From: Nitrososphaeraceae archaeon
GTDB lineage: Archaea; Thermoproteota; Nitrososphaeria; Nitrososphaerales; Nitrososphaeraceae
NCBI GenBank assembly: GCA_036518375.1
Contig: DATDNG010000189.1
Coordinates: forward strand, 1-31,653
DNA: 31,653 nt
Reading direction: 5' to 3'
Position numbers and translations under genes: made by a program. Below the pieces are notes generated by a model. It saw only the letters and a program-made list of their open reading frames with translations, was not told the DNA's origin and made no database searches. Every line of letters begins with the position of its first letter. Position 1 is the first letter of the stretch. Positions 8,445 to 17,741 of the stretch are shown one piece after another.

Positions 8445-9932
8445 GTGGTAATGTTTCAACCATCAAGAGGAATTCTTATTTTGGGCTTGGCTGTTCTGTT
8501 GGCTGTCTTGCTTTCGTTTAGTTTCTTATCTAATGTACTTGCCGCCAGCCCTCCTAATAATTATACAAAAAACAGTCCTGGTGTTAAATGGAGTTGCTTT
8601 GAGAAAGATAGTAATGGAAATCTCATAGTCAATAAAACCACTGGCAATCTCGAGCCATGTCCAATAGATACGGGTGATAACGCATGGATGTTGACATCTG
8701 CAGCACTTGTACTAATGATGACTCCCGGGGGTTTGGCAATTTTTTACAGTGGTCTTGCAAGACAAAAGAATGCAGTAAATACACTCCACATGGTTTTCAT
8801 AACGACAGGGATAATTGGTATACAATGGGTATTATGGGGATACAGTCTTGCATTTGGACCAGACGCCACTGGAAATGGATTTATAGGCACACTTGACTGG
8901 GCTGGTCTATACGGTGTACTTCATGATGTACCGTCTGATGTGTATGGTGGACTAGGCGGTCCTACAATTCCTCATATGACATATATGGCATTTCAAATGA
9001 TGTTCGCCATTATTACACCTGCCCTGATTGTAGCTGCATTAGCAGAGAGAATGAAATTTAGCGCATTTGTTATTTTTATTGTGCTATGGGCAACATTTGT
9101 CTACGACTTCTGTGCTCACTGGACATGGTCGCTTGGATCTGGCGGAACACATGTTGGGTGGACTGGTGCGCTTCCATCTCTTGACTTTGCAGGTGGAACT
9201 GTAATCCATATCACGTCAGGTTGGTCAGGACTGGTTATAGCTTTAATGATTGGACGCAGGCTTGGATATGGAAAGATACCAATGGAACCGCACAATATAT
9301 CGCTTATAGTTCTTGGAGCAGCATTGCTTTGGGTAGGGTGGTTTGGTTTCAATGCCGGCTCTGCAGCCGCAGCTCGATCAAATGCAACAAGCGCGTTTGT
9401 TGCAACCCAGACTGCAACAGCAATGGCAGCAGTAACTTGGGCATTGATCTCATGGGCACATACAGGACGAGCTTCTACAATAGGTGCAGCATCTGGTGCA
9501 GTGGCTGGTTTAGTAGCCATTACTCCAGCATCAGGGTTCGTATCTCCAATGTCTTCGATTATCATTGGTATTTCTGCTTCCGTCTTTTGCTATGGTGCGG
9601 TGATGTTTAAGAGTAGACGCAAATGGGACGATGCACTTGATACATGGGGAGTACATGGTGTAGGAGGTCTGGTAGGTGCACTGTTGACTGGAACATTTGC
9701 CCAAAAATACTATACTCCTGCAGCAAATGGACTTGCATTTGGAAACCCACAGCAATTTGTGAATAATGCAATAGGAGCATTTGCTTCCCTAGCATGGGCA
9801 ATGGGTGTCACAGCGGTAATAATCAAGGTCATGGATATGGTGTGGCCGCAGGGAATCAGAGTTACTCCAAAAGAAGAGGAAATTGGACTTGATTTGACTC
9901 AGCACGGAGAAAGAGCATACGTCACTGGCTAG
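8445..9932 (+). CDS. amt: Ammonium transporter (Amt family) with N-terminal signal-like helix and Cys-pair extension
   Basis: LMMTPGGLAIFYSGL, FQMMFAIITPAL, DFAGGTVIH, WFGFNAGS, WGVHGVGG (twin His) and E..IGLD..QHGE tail. Confidence 0.95.
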   Translation: MVMFQPSRGILILGLAVLLAVLLSFSFLSNVLAASPPNNYTKNSPGVKWSCFEKDSNGNLIVNKTTGNLEPCPIDTGDNAWMLTSAALVLMMTPGGLAIFYSGLARQKNAVNTLHMVFITTGIIGIQWVLWGYSLAFGPDATGNGFIGTLDWAGLYGVLHDVPSDVYGGLGGPTIPHMTYMAFQMMFAIITPALIVAALAERMKFSAFVIFIVLWATFVYDFCAHWTWSLGSGGTHVGWTGALPSLDFAGGTVIHITSGWSGLVIALMIGRRLGYGKIPMEPHNISLIVLGAALLWVGWFGFNAGSAAAARSNATSAFVATQTATAMAAVTWALISWAHTGRASTIGAASGAVAGLVAITPASGFVSPMSSIIIGISASVFCYGAVMFKSRRKWDDALDTWGVHGVGGLVGALLTGTFAQKYYTPAANGLAFGNPQQFVNNAIGAFASLAWAMGVTAVIIKVMDMVWPQGIRVTPKEEEIGLDLTQHGERAYVTG

Positions 9933-9945
9933 AGAATATTTCCTC

Positions 9946-9960
9946 TTTTTTGTTTTTATT
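9946..9960 (+). terminator. Oligo-T archaeal terminator after amt
   Basis: T-rich run 14 nt after the amt stop codon. Confidence 0.4.
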
Positions 9961-10846
9961 TACTGAACCTATATATTTTACGTCAATCATAGTGAAATAT
10001 TTTAGATGTGCAGGGCTTTGACATTATAAATTATTGCACCTGTACTTGCATAAAACCGGCCCATTTGGAAGTATATTCCTATGTTTATATCCGTATGTTG
10101 TTGAACAATAAATAGCAATAATTATCTGGCATTTCCTCATGGCTCAAATGTAATTATCATGTACGGTTGATTGTTACAATTTAAATTTATATTTAAAATC
10201 ATATTCTGTATGGAAATCACCCAATATTTTGAGTAATTTGTATCTCGCTTTTGTTCAAAGTGGCGCCTTTCTTCAACCTATACGAAGTTTGATCCTTTTA
10301 ACAGTTTGCTTAATACGCTGCTTGTGATATGTCGCATCTTGATTCTCTTCGGGGTTTATCGAATCTTGAACGGTATTTGTCATTATTTTATATGCTGTTT
10401 GTATTTAACGAATCCAAGCATATGAAACTTAAACAGGACAGTAAAAAAGATAACTTTGCAGATTATTTGTAAAATACGTGACTGATCAAGTTTTCATGTT
10501 TACCGTGACTACCGGTCTTCATAGTGTTTGCTGCACTGTTGTTCTTAACAATGGCAAAATGGATATTCACAGGGATTTCAAGTCAGCAACAGAAGATACA
10601 AATAAGGTTCAGAAACCAATTATTAATTTGTAATACCACATACAACCGCGAACAAACCTTCCCGAGTTTGAATATATTAAGAAGGGGTTTTATGTTTTGA
10701 ATTACCAACTTTGTACGCCTTTAAAACATGGCCGATCCATTAGTAGGTACAATTACCATATATGTTGATAAATTACCATGGTTTTAGTTATACTTACTCG
10801 CATTGAAGAAAGCTTAATGTCTGCAGCAGTGTAATGTTAGCATATA

Positions 10847-11614
10847 TTGGAACCAAGATTTCCAACAAATAATGATGATTACCATAAAAGATATAGATGG
10901 TACATGATTACCGATCAATGGTTTCAAAAAAATAGATCTACAATAATAGCATTGAGCATTATCAGTATTATACTTCTGTTTTTTCTTCACCTTTTTACCA
11001 TCACAATCCAAATCTCACTAAATTCAATGCCTATAAGGATCATTCAGATTGTCACTATCATACTAATTTCTTTAATATCTCTTTCAGTAATCTGGAGGGG
11101 CTTAATACCTATAGTTATATGTGGTCTTGGTATTGTTTTGATATATGGTGGCATTGTTATTCCATCTTATGCACTGACTCTACCTGCTGAAAGCTACTTC
11201 AAGGGAATAAGAGTATTAATTGATCAACAAATTATATCGATGGCTACGGAAGGTTACTTCTTTCTCGGGATTGCAATGGTTGTCCTAAGCATGATAATTG
11301 CATACAAACCTACTCTACTTTATGTCAAAAACAGGCCTAAACCTTCGCATTCGTTATGGGCCGAATATCAAGAATGGTACGATAACGTGCAGCTTGCTGG
11401 CGGTTATACTGAACCCAATGTACCTCTCAAAACATTAATGAATGAACAAGAAAAATACCTTTTATGGCGCTATGAATATATTTTAACCAGAATCTACAAT
11501 ACACCTTATCTTGTTAAGCCAGATGGCCTTGTTCCAAAAAGCTCTATTGTTTTAAGAGATAATGAAAGCGGTAGAATGATTGGTGTAGCAAGATATAGTG
11601 GATATTTTATATAG
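10847..11614 (+). CDS. Hypothetical integral membrane protein (about 4 TM helices plus soluble C-terminal domain)
   Basis: 255-aa ORF with hydrophobic stretches such as IIALSIISIILLFFLHLFTITI. No recognisable family motif. Confidence 0.65.
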   Translation: MEPRFPTNNDDYHKRYRWYMITDQWFQKNRSTIIALSIISIILLFFLHLFTITIQISLNSMPIRIIQIVTIILISLISLSVIWRGLIPIVICGLGIVLIYGGIVIPSYALTLPAESYFKGIRVLIDQQIISMATEGYFFLGIAMVVLSMIIAYKPTLLYVKNRPKPSHSLWAEYQEWYDNVQLAGGYTEPNVPLKTLMNEQEKYLLWRYEYILTRIYNTPYLVKPDGLVPKSSIVLRDNESGRMIGVARYSGYFI

Positions 11615-11781
11615 CACTTTTAATTTACAAACTAATCTCATAATTAGCAAACAGAAATATAATATCCAATAAGCGTAAAATTTCTAAATATTCCTGAAGT
11701 TGTTATATTATGATTTAATCACTGTAACTGCAAATGCAAAACAATTAAGAGCAACCAAATATAAATTAAGATAGATTAACT

Positions 11782-11913
11782 CTGGCTCAAATTGATGATA
11801 GAGTTTGGAAGTGCTTTAGATGTGAATTGTATTTTGAATCATGTGAAACTGCTAACCTCCATGAATCATTAACTCACCATAAATTAAGAAAAGTTCTCAA
11901 ATTTAAGCACTAA
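11782..11913 (+). CDS. 43-aa C2H2-type zinc-finger microprotein, probable CTG start
   Basis: Manual translation (M)AQIDDRVWKCFRCELYFESCETANLHESLTHHKLRKVLKFKH*, with C-x2-C-x12-H-x4-H. An in-frame TAA at 11767-11769 leaves no ATG/GTG/TTG start. Confidence 0.6.
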   Translation: MAQIDDRVWKCFRCELYFESCETANLHESLTHHKLRKVLKFKH

Positions 11914-11953
11914 CATGCATATATATTGTATATGAGAACCATTCTACAGTCTA

Positions 11954-12643
11954 ATGGCGGATACTAAATTTACCATTGTTCGTCTAAATCTAGACAACAA
12001 TAAGTTTGAAATTTTAGTGAAACCCGACCCAGCCTTGGAATACAAACTTGGCAAAAGGACAGATTTATCAAACGTGTTAATTTCTGAGGAAATTTATTCA
12101 GATGCCAATAAAGGTTCAAGGGCAGCTAGTGAAAAATTAGTAAAATATTTCAAGACAACAGATTCGACAGAAGTCGCCAAACAAATCCTTTCTCGAGGTG
12201 AACTTAATTTGACTACCGACCAACGTCGAAAAATGGTTGAGGGAAAGAAAAAACAAATCATTCAATATATTAATAAAAGTTTTATAGATCCCAAAACGCA
12301 TATGCCACATCCGCCTTTGCGAATTGAAAGTGCAATAAACGAAGCAAGAGTTATTATCGATCCTTTCAAAAGACCTGAAGATCAAGTCAAGGTCATAATT
12401 GATTCACTTAGAAAGATTTTACCTCTGAAATCAGAGACCTTAAGATTAACCATAACTGTTCCGCCACAATTTTCTGCGCAATCCTATAATATATTGAAAA
12501 CAACTGGTAATTTTATTGGTGAACAATGGCTTGCAGACGGTTCTCTAAGAGTTACATTAGAAGTAAATGCTGGAATGAAAGGTGCCTTACTTGATAGGAT
12601 AGGATCTGCAACAAAAGGTTCGGCACATGTAATAGAAGGATAA
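11954..12643 (+). CDS. sdo1: Ribosome maturation factor SBDS/Sdo1
   Basis: KFEILVKPD, IYSDANKG, LTTDQRRKM, PHPPLRIE. Located upstream of the exosome genes. Confidence 0.93.
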   Translation: MADTKFTIVRLNLDNNKFEILVKPDPALEYKLGKRTDLSNVLISEEIYSDANKGSRAASEKLVKYFKTTDSTEVAKQILSRGELNLTTDQRRKMVEGKKKQIIQYINKSFIDPKTHMPHPPLRIESAINEARVIIDPFKRPEDQVKVIIDSLRKILPLKSETLRLTITVPPQFSAQSYNILKTTGNFIGEQWLADGSLRVTLEVNAGMKGALLDRIGSATKGSAHVIEG

Positions 12644-12904
12644 AAGATTGCCTTTTGGGACTATATCAAATCAGCGCTATATACCGCTGTTGCTAATTGA
12701 GATACGAAGAATTCTGACTTACATTATGAATCAAACATTGAATTAAGTTTCCCAATATACAATAATACAAGACCTGCTCCCAGGATACTTTCTTTTTAAC
12801 ACTTAAAATATAAGGCTGATCTTACTGACCAAACAGTAGAGAAAAGATGGAAAGAAGTATTTTGTATAATAAGACTTTTGCATTAGAGGTGACTTGTTAA
12901 TAAT

Positions 12905-13693
12905 ATGCAAGAAATTAAAAGAAAGTATGTAGTTCCTGGTGATAAGGTTATTGAGGGGAATTTTAGACCTCTAATGAATGTAATTAAAGCAGGCAATTCT
13001 ATTATTGCCACAAGAATTGGAATTGCAGAGACTGGAAGAGACGGTGTCAAAGTTATACCACTGTCAGGCGTTTATATTCCTCGAGTAAGCGATATTGTAA
13101 TAGGAAAGATTATCGATCATTCTTCGCTGTCTTGGGAAGTAGATGTTAACTCTTGCTTCTCTGCCCATTTGCCCGCACAAGATGTATTTGGAAGAGATTT
13201 TTCTCCAGCTAGAGATGACATGGGTAAGCAATTAGCAATAGGGGATTTAATTGCTGCAAGAATCATCGCATTTGATAGGACCAGAGATCCAATGCTAACA
13301 ATTCAGGACAAAGATTTAGGTAAGATACCGCATGGTGAATTGTTAAAAATTTCTGCAACTCGAGTTCCGAGACTTATTGGAAAGCGTGGTTCTATGATAC
13401 AAACAATCGAGCAGGCAACACAAACAAGAATTCTAATTGGTCAAAATGGAATTGTTGTTGTTATGGGAAGAAATTTAGATGGAATAAAGCTAGCAACAAG
13501 AGCAATTAGGATGGTTGAAGAAGAAGCCCATACAGCGAACCTAACACAAAGGGTTAAAGCTTTGTTGAACGTACCGGATTCTCCACAAGCAGAAGGAAGT
13601 TCCATTATCCAAACTTCGAATAACCAAAAGGATGAAGAGATTCAATCTACTATAGAAGAGGTAGAAGAAGAGATAGAAGGCGAAAAAATATGA
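12905..13693 (+). CDS. rrp4: Exosome RNA-binding subunit Rrp4 (S1+KH) with acidic C-terminal tail
   Basis: YIPRVSDIVIGKI, PRLIGKRGSMI (KH GxxG) and IGQNG. Confidence 0.93.
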   Translation: MQEIKRKYVVPGDKVIEGNFRPLMNVIKAGNSIIATRIGIAETGRDGVKVIPLSGVYIPRVSDIVIGKIIDHSSLSWEVDVNSCFSAHLPAQDVFGRDFSPARDDMGKQLAIGDLIAARIIAFDRTRDPMLTIQDKDLGKIPHGELLKISATRVPRLIGKRGSMIQTIEQATQTRILIGQNGIVVVMGRNLDGIKLATRAIRMVEEEAHTANLTQRVKALLNVPDSPQAEGSSIIQTSNNQKDEEIQSTIEEVEEEIEGEKI

Positions 13694-14430
13694 GCCAAGC
13701 AAAGAACCTCATTAATGAAAGTGGAAGACGAACTGATGGTCGCACTGCAGATGAACTGAGACAAATCAAGATAGCTGTAGGAGTGGTAAAAAATGCTGAC
13801 GGCTCCGCATTTATAGAGTTTGGTAGAAACAAAATTATTGCGGCTGTCTATGGTCCTAGAGAAGTCCATCCAAAACACATGGCACTTCCAGATCGATGCA
13901 TTTTAAGGTGCAGGTATCATATGTCTCCATTCTCTACCGATACGCGTAAGAATCCTGCTCCTTCAAGAAGAGAAGTTGAAATTTCAAAAGTGATGAGAGA
14001 ATCACTAGAACCTGCTTTAATATTAGAAGATTATCCACGTGCTGCAATAGACCTATTTGTCGAGGTATTGCAAGCAGATGGTGGTTCAAGATGTGCTGGC
14101 ATTACGGCTGCATCTATAGCATTAGCTGATGCTGGAATCAATATGCGTGACATGGTATCAGCATGCGCAGCAGGTAAAATCGACAATAAAATTGTTCTCG
14201 ATATTAATGATACAGAGGACAAGGAGGGCGGAGCGGATATGCCAGTCGCCTACATGCCGCATCTTGAACAAGTAACATTATTACAACTTGATGGCATATT
14301 AACTCCAGAACAGTTCAATGAATGCCTAGATAAGGCAATAGGTGGTTGCAATATGGTTTATGAAATTCAAAGGCAGGCATTAATGCAAAAGTACTTTGGT
14401 AACGAAACCGAGTTGAAGGAAGAACAATGA
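13690..14430 (+). CDS. rrp41: Exosome catalytic subunit Rrp41
   Basis: RTDGRTADELRQI, YGPREVHPKH, QADGGSRCA (phosphate site) and EDKEGGADMP. ATGA overlap with rrp4. Confidence 0.96.
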   Translation: MSQAKNLINESGRRTDGRTADELRQIKIAVGVVKNADGSAFIEFGRNKIIAAVYGPREVHPKHMALPDRCILRCRYHMSPFSTDTRKNPAPSRREVEISKVMRESLEPALILEDYPRAAIDLFVEVLQADGGSRCAGITAASIALADAGINMRDMVSACAAGKIDNKIVLDINDTEDKEGGADMPVAYMPHLEQVTLLQLDGILTPEQFNECLDKAIGGCNMVYEIQRQALMQKYFGNETELKEEQ

Positions 14431-15251
14431 GCTCATCAAAACGTTCAACGATAATAGTTGAACATTTGCGCAAACAGCAAATGTGGGATGCAATTTCAAA
14501 GGGAAAGAGGCTTGACGGAAGAAATCTAAACGAGACAAGACCGATTGAAATTGAACAAGATATTATAAAGAAAGCAAACGGCTCTGCAAAAGTAAAATTA
14601 GGGAATTCAGAAGTTGTTGCGGGGGTAAAGGTCGAGACAGGCGAACCATTCGAAGGACTCGAAAACAAGGGCGCATTAATATTGTCTGCAGAAGTATTGC
14701 CCACTGCATCGCCTTATAGTGAACCTGGTCCTCCAGATGAAGAAACAGTAGAATTAGCAAGAGTAGTAGACAGAGGCATTAGAGAATCGCATATGATAGA
14801 CCTTGATAAATTAGTTTTAGTTCCAGGTAAGATCGTCTATACAATATTTGTCGATTGTAGCGTCATCAATACAGATGGTAACCTGTTCGATGCGACATCA
14901 TATGCTGTAGTTTCAGCGTTAGTTAGTAGCAAACTTCCCATTTTTGAAATACAAGATGGAAGGGTAGTTGATACTGGAAACAGTCAAGATCCGCCAATCA
15001 CTACTATACCAATCTCGATTACAACAGTAAGGATTGGCGATGTAGTGATTTTAGATCCTACAGCTGAAGAAGAGGCATGTATGGATGCCAGAATTACCAT
15101 AGCCACAAATTCAAACGGGCATTATACTGCAATACAGAAGGGATCAACTGGTGCTTTTACTGTTGAGCAAATAAAAAAGGCGGCTGAGATAGCAAGGATT
15201 AAAGGAGAGGAAATACGAACCAAATTAAAGGAGTTGCCTAAGACTGGTTAG
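14427..15251 (+). CDS. rrp42: Exosome subunit Rrp42
   Basis: KRLDGRNLNETRPI, EPGPPDE, ELARVVDRGIRES and DGNLFDA. ATGA overlap with rrp41. Confidence 0.96.
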   Translation: MSSSKRSTIIVEHLRKQQMWDAISKGKRLDGRNLNETRPIEIEQDIIKKANGSAKVKLGNSEVVAGVKVETGEPFEGLENKGALILSAEVLPTASPYSEPGPPDEETVELARVVDRGIRESHMIDLDKLVLVPGKIVYTIFVDCSVINTDGNLFDATSYAVVSALVSSKLPIFEIQDGRVVDTGNSQDPPITTIPISITTVRIGDVVILDPTAEEEACMDARITIATNSNGHYTAIQKGSTGAFTVEQIKKAAEIARIKGEEIRTKLKELPKTG

Positions 15252-15483
15252 TAGAAAGAAACAGGGTCCTACAGGACTCAAAGGTTTAGGTGTTAAATTT
15301 GGAGCTACTGTACGCAAGAGGTATGGAATGGTATACCGTACACTAAAACAAAAGCGACGTTGCCCGTTATGCGGTTCTCTGCGATTTGATAGAATCGCTT
15401 CAGGTATATGGTGTTGCCCAAAATGCAAATACAAAGTTGCAGCTGGGGCTTATGATATCAATATCGAAAAGCTACAAAGCTAG
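15244..15483 (+). CDS. rpl37ae: 50S ribosomal protein L37Ae (eL43), 79 aa, probable CTG start; absent from ORF track
   Basis: (M)VSRKKQGPTGLKGLGVKFGATVRKRYG...CPLCGSLRFDRIASGIWCCPKCKYKVAAGAY. C4 zinc ribbon in the canonical position after rrp42. Confidence 0.92.
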   Translation: MVSRKKQGPTGLKGLGVKFGATVRKRYGMVYRTLKQKRRCPLCGSLRFDRIASGIWCCPKCKYKVAAGAYDINIEKLQS

Positions 15484-15721
15484 AATTCAAATTTCCTTTA
15501 AAGCACGGACCCATAAATCCACCCTCATCGCAAAATCTATTTATTCTGCATTAAATCCTGACACAAAGGTTTCTTCTGATTCAGAAGCTATAACAAGAAT
15601 TTCTGTTCATGTCAATAATTTATTTATTGAGATTGAGGCTGACAATATTGCAAGTTTACGTGCGATGATCAATTCCTATTTACGATTGATCAACGTTTCC
15701 TACAAATGCATAGCAAGTTAA
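15452..15721 (+). CDS. pcc1: KEOPS complex subunit Pcc1
   Basis: IYSALNPD, IEIEADNIASLRAMINSYLRLI. Lies between rpl37ae and pfdB. Start moved from 15386 to the ATG at 15452. Confidence 0.8.
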   Translation: MISISKSYKARIQISFKARTHKSTLIAKSIYSALNPDTKVSSDSEAITRISVHVNNLFIEIEADNIASLRAMINSYLRLINVSYKCIAS

Positions 15722-15766
15722 CGGTATGATTTTATGCTGGTGGCTTATACAGGATATTGTATTAAT

Positions 15767-16162
15767 ATGAGTGAACAAGAACTTCCACCATGGCTTAGAG
15801 AGCAAGTGGCACGGTTACAACAGCTCCAACAGAATTTACAAGCGATCATGATGCAAAAACAACAAGTGGAACTAGAAGTTGTTGAAACTGATAGGGCTCT
15901 AGAAGAGATAAAGAAGACAGGGACTGAAGAGACTGTATATAAAAGTGCGGGTCCATTATTGATTAAATCAAAGAGAGAAGATGTTATAAAGGAACTTGAA
16001 GAAAAGAAAGAACTGTCAAATACTAGGGTAATGGTTCTTTCAAAACAAGAAACAAGAGTAAAAGATAACCTAAAGGAGGTTGAAAATAAAATTAACCAAA
16101 TGATTAGAGGAGGAGCACAAGGTGGTTCTAGTAGTTCTGTACCAAGACCCAAAAACGGGTAA
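15767..16162 (+). CDS. pfdB: Prefoldin beta subunit
   Basis: ELPPWLREQVARLQQLQQ coiled coil and VYKSAGPLLIK beta hairpin. Start moved to the ATG at 15767. Confidence 0.93.
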   Translation: MSEQELPPWLREQVARLQQLQQNLQAIMMQKQQVELEVVETDRALEEIKKTGTEETVYKSAGPLLIKSKREDVIKELEEKKELSNTRVMVLSKQETRVKDNLKEVENKINQMIRGGAQGGSSSSVPRPKNG

Positions 16163-16191
16163 TTGGCAATAAGACATGTTTAGCAAGAGAT

Positions 16192-16220
16192 ACGCTCCTC
16201 TGTGAACATAGGGGCGTTTT
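16192..16220 (+). terminator. GC-rich hairpin followed by T4 after pfdB
   Basis: ACGCTCCT-c-TGT-ga-ACA-t-AGGGGCGT then TTT, 30 nt after the operon's last stop codon. Confidence 0.45.
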
Positions 16221-16306
16221 ATACAGGCAAGTTACAATATACTATTTTATTAAACGAGTGAAAGCAGAGTTAGAGTGAGTTCATGCAGTATAGTGGATTA
16301 TTATTG

Positions 16307-16706
16307 CTAATTTACTATTTTATTTACGCATATTAGCTCTTTATTTTCTATTGGCTTTCTAATAAAGCAATTTGCATCTGATGTGTCAAGTGTATCTGTA
16401 CAAAGGCACCAAATGTATTCATCCATAGTTAGAAAACATGTTTTAACTTTATCATCCATCTTATTTTCCTATATAAAATCAATCATCGTCGGCATTTTAA
16501 TATCCAAGATTAACAGATCATAGTGTATTTTTATGATTACATAATACGACAAGAAGATCATCAATGTATAAGTTTGAATTCGTTATCTTCGTTACTTTTG
16601 ATGCGAAATTAACATCTGGTCATCATCAAGATTTTCTTATTTAATAATCAATTTGCTCTAGGTCTGGCAGTAGTGGAGTGTTGGTTGCTGTTTTTTTCAT
16701 CACCAT
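16307..16706 (-). pseudogene. Decayed CheY-like response regulator receiver-domain gene
   Basis: Minus-strand fragments KKIL..DDD, EDNEFK, YDLLILDIKMP, DKVKTCFLT and DANCFIRKPIENKELI, separated by frameshifts and stops. Confidence 0.75.
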
Positions 16707-16890
16707 TTGGAATCAGTATATAATTTATGATCCATATTTTGCTATTTTGATGGTTAAAGAAGCCTCCACAAGCTATAGCTATAAACTTCATCTATCTGTT
16801 ATTTAATCTTCACATATCATTTGATAATAATAATAATAAAAGTTAGAGAAGAAATGGATAAGGGTAAATCTGCAGCAGGACTGAGGAGCG

Positions 16891-17292
16891 ATGGTGTCAA
16901 GTCCGTCTGATAATAACGATAACAATAGAGAAGATGTACTAAAAACTATTTTTCAAAAACAAAAAGAGTTGCATCAGGTCATCATGACCTATTCGCCATC
17001 TTTTGACTCACAATATTCAAAGAAATTTCTTTTTCTATCAAAAGAGGAAAGACTATCTGTGCTCTGTACTGCTATGATCCATGAAGCAGTAGAACTGCAA
17101 AGACTAACAAATTGGAAATGGTGGAAGAAGGCAGTAGAGTTTGATGAGCAACAAGCAAAGGAGGAACTGATTGACCTATGGCATTTCATAGTTGATGCCT
17201 CAATAGAGCTTGAAATGACACCTCAAGATATATTGGATGAATATACAAAGAAGAACCAAATAAACAAAGACAGACAAAAAAATGACTACTAA
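16891..17292 (+). CDS. Dimeric all-alpha dUTPase / MazG-like NTP pyrophosphohydrolase
   Basis: HEAVEL..TNWKWWK, KEELIDLWHF and YTKKNQINKDRQ motifs. Confidence 0.85.
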   Translation: MVSSPSDNNDNNREDVLKTIFQKQKELHQVIMTYSPSFDSQYSKKFLFLSKEERLSVLCTAMIHEAVELQRLTNWKWWKKAVEFDEQQAKEELIDLWHFIVDASIELEMTPQDILDEYTKKNQINKDRQKNDY

Positions 17293-17741
17293 TCGCAGTT
17301 GTTATTTTGCCTTGTGGTCTTTGACTCTTTTTCATGCCTAATTAACATGTTTTGTTCCAATCCATACACTCTAAAAAGTATTACAAGTTAAACATTTAAA
17401 ACATTATATAAAATAACTTGTAGAATTATATTATTATTATTACAACATTTGTCAGTTTTGTGCATTGCAGACAATAGATCTGAATGAACTTTCCGTATTC
17501 TATATTTTCACAATCCTTGATGTCGGACTGAAAATGTGATTACCCTTTCGACTAAGGATGAAGAACTGATGTATTCTATCTTTATGAGTGTTGAATATCG
17601 TAGCAAGTCTGCGTACCTTTATTCTTTCAATAGAAATATGACATGATTACTATGAAAGATGATGGTTAATAAGAATAGTATGATTTCTGGAGTCAAAAAA
17701 TGGTTAACATATTATATATGCCTCAATTACATAGGTAATTA

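Noticed and set aside
8684-9610. Alternative-frame plus-strand ORFs inside amt
   Set aside because: Out-of-frame overlaps of a conserved gene; no motifs.
10067-10079. GGAA-N5-TTCC resembling an NrpR operator
   Set aside because: The known operator is GGAA-N6-TTCC, and this site is downstream of amt, not in its promoter.
10273-10383. 36-aa minus-strand ORF MTNTVQDSINPEEN...
   Set aside because: Short, with no recognisable motif or supporting signal.
15225-15434. 69-aa minus-strand ORF from the track
   Set aside because: Antisense shadow of the real rpl37ae.
15386-15451. N-terminal extension of the Pcc1 ORF
   Set aside because: Lies within rpl37ae; the ATG at 15452 gives a normal-sized Pcc1.
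17293-17741. 450-bp gap examined for ncRNA or pseudogene
   Set aside because: Only short unrecognisable frames; no tRNA-like or structured element found.
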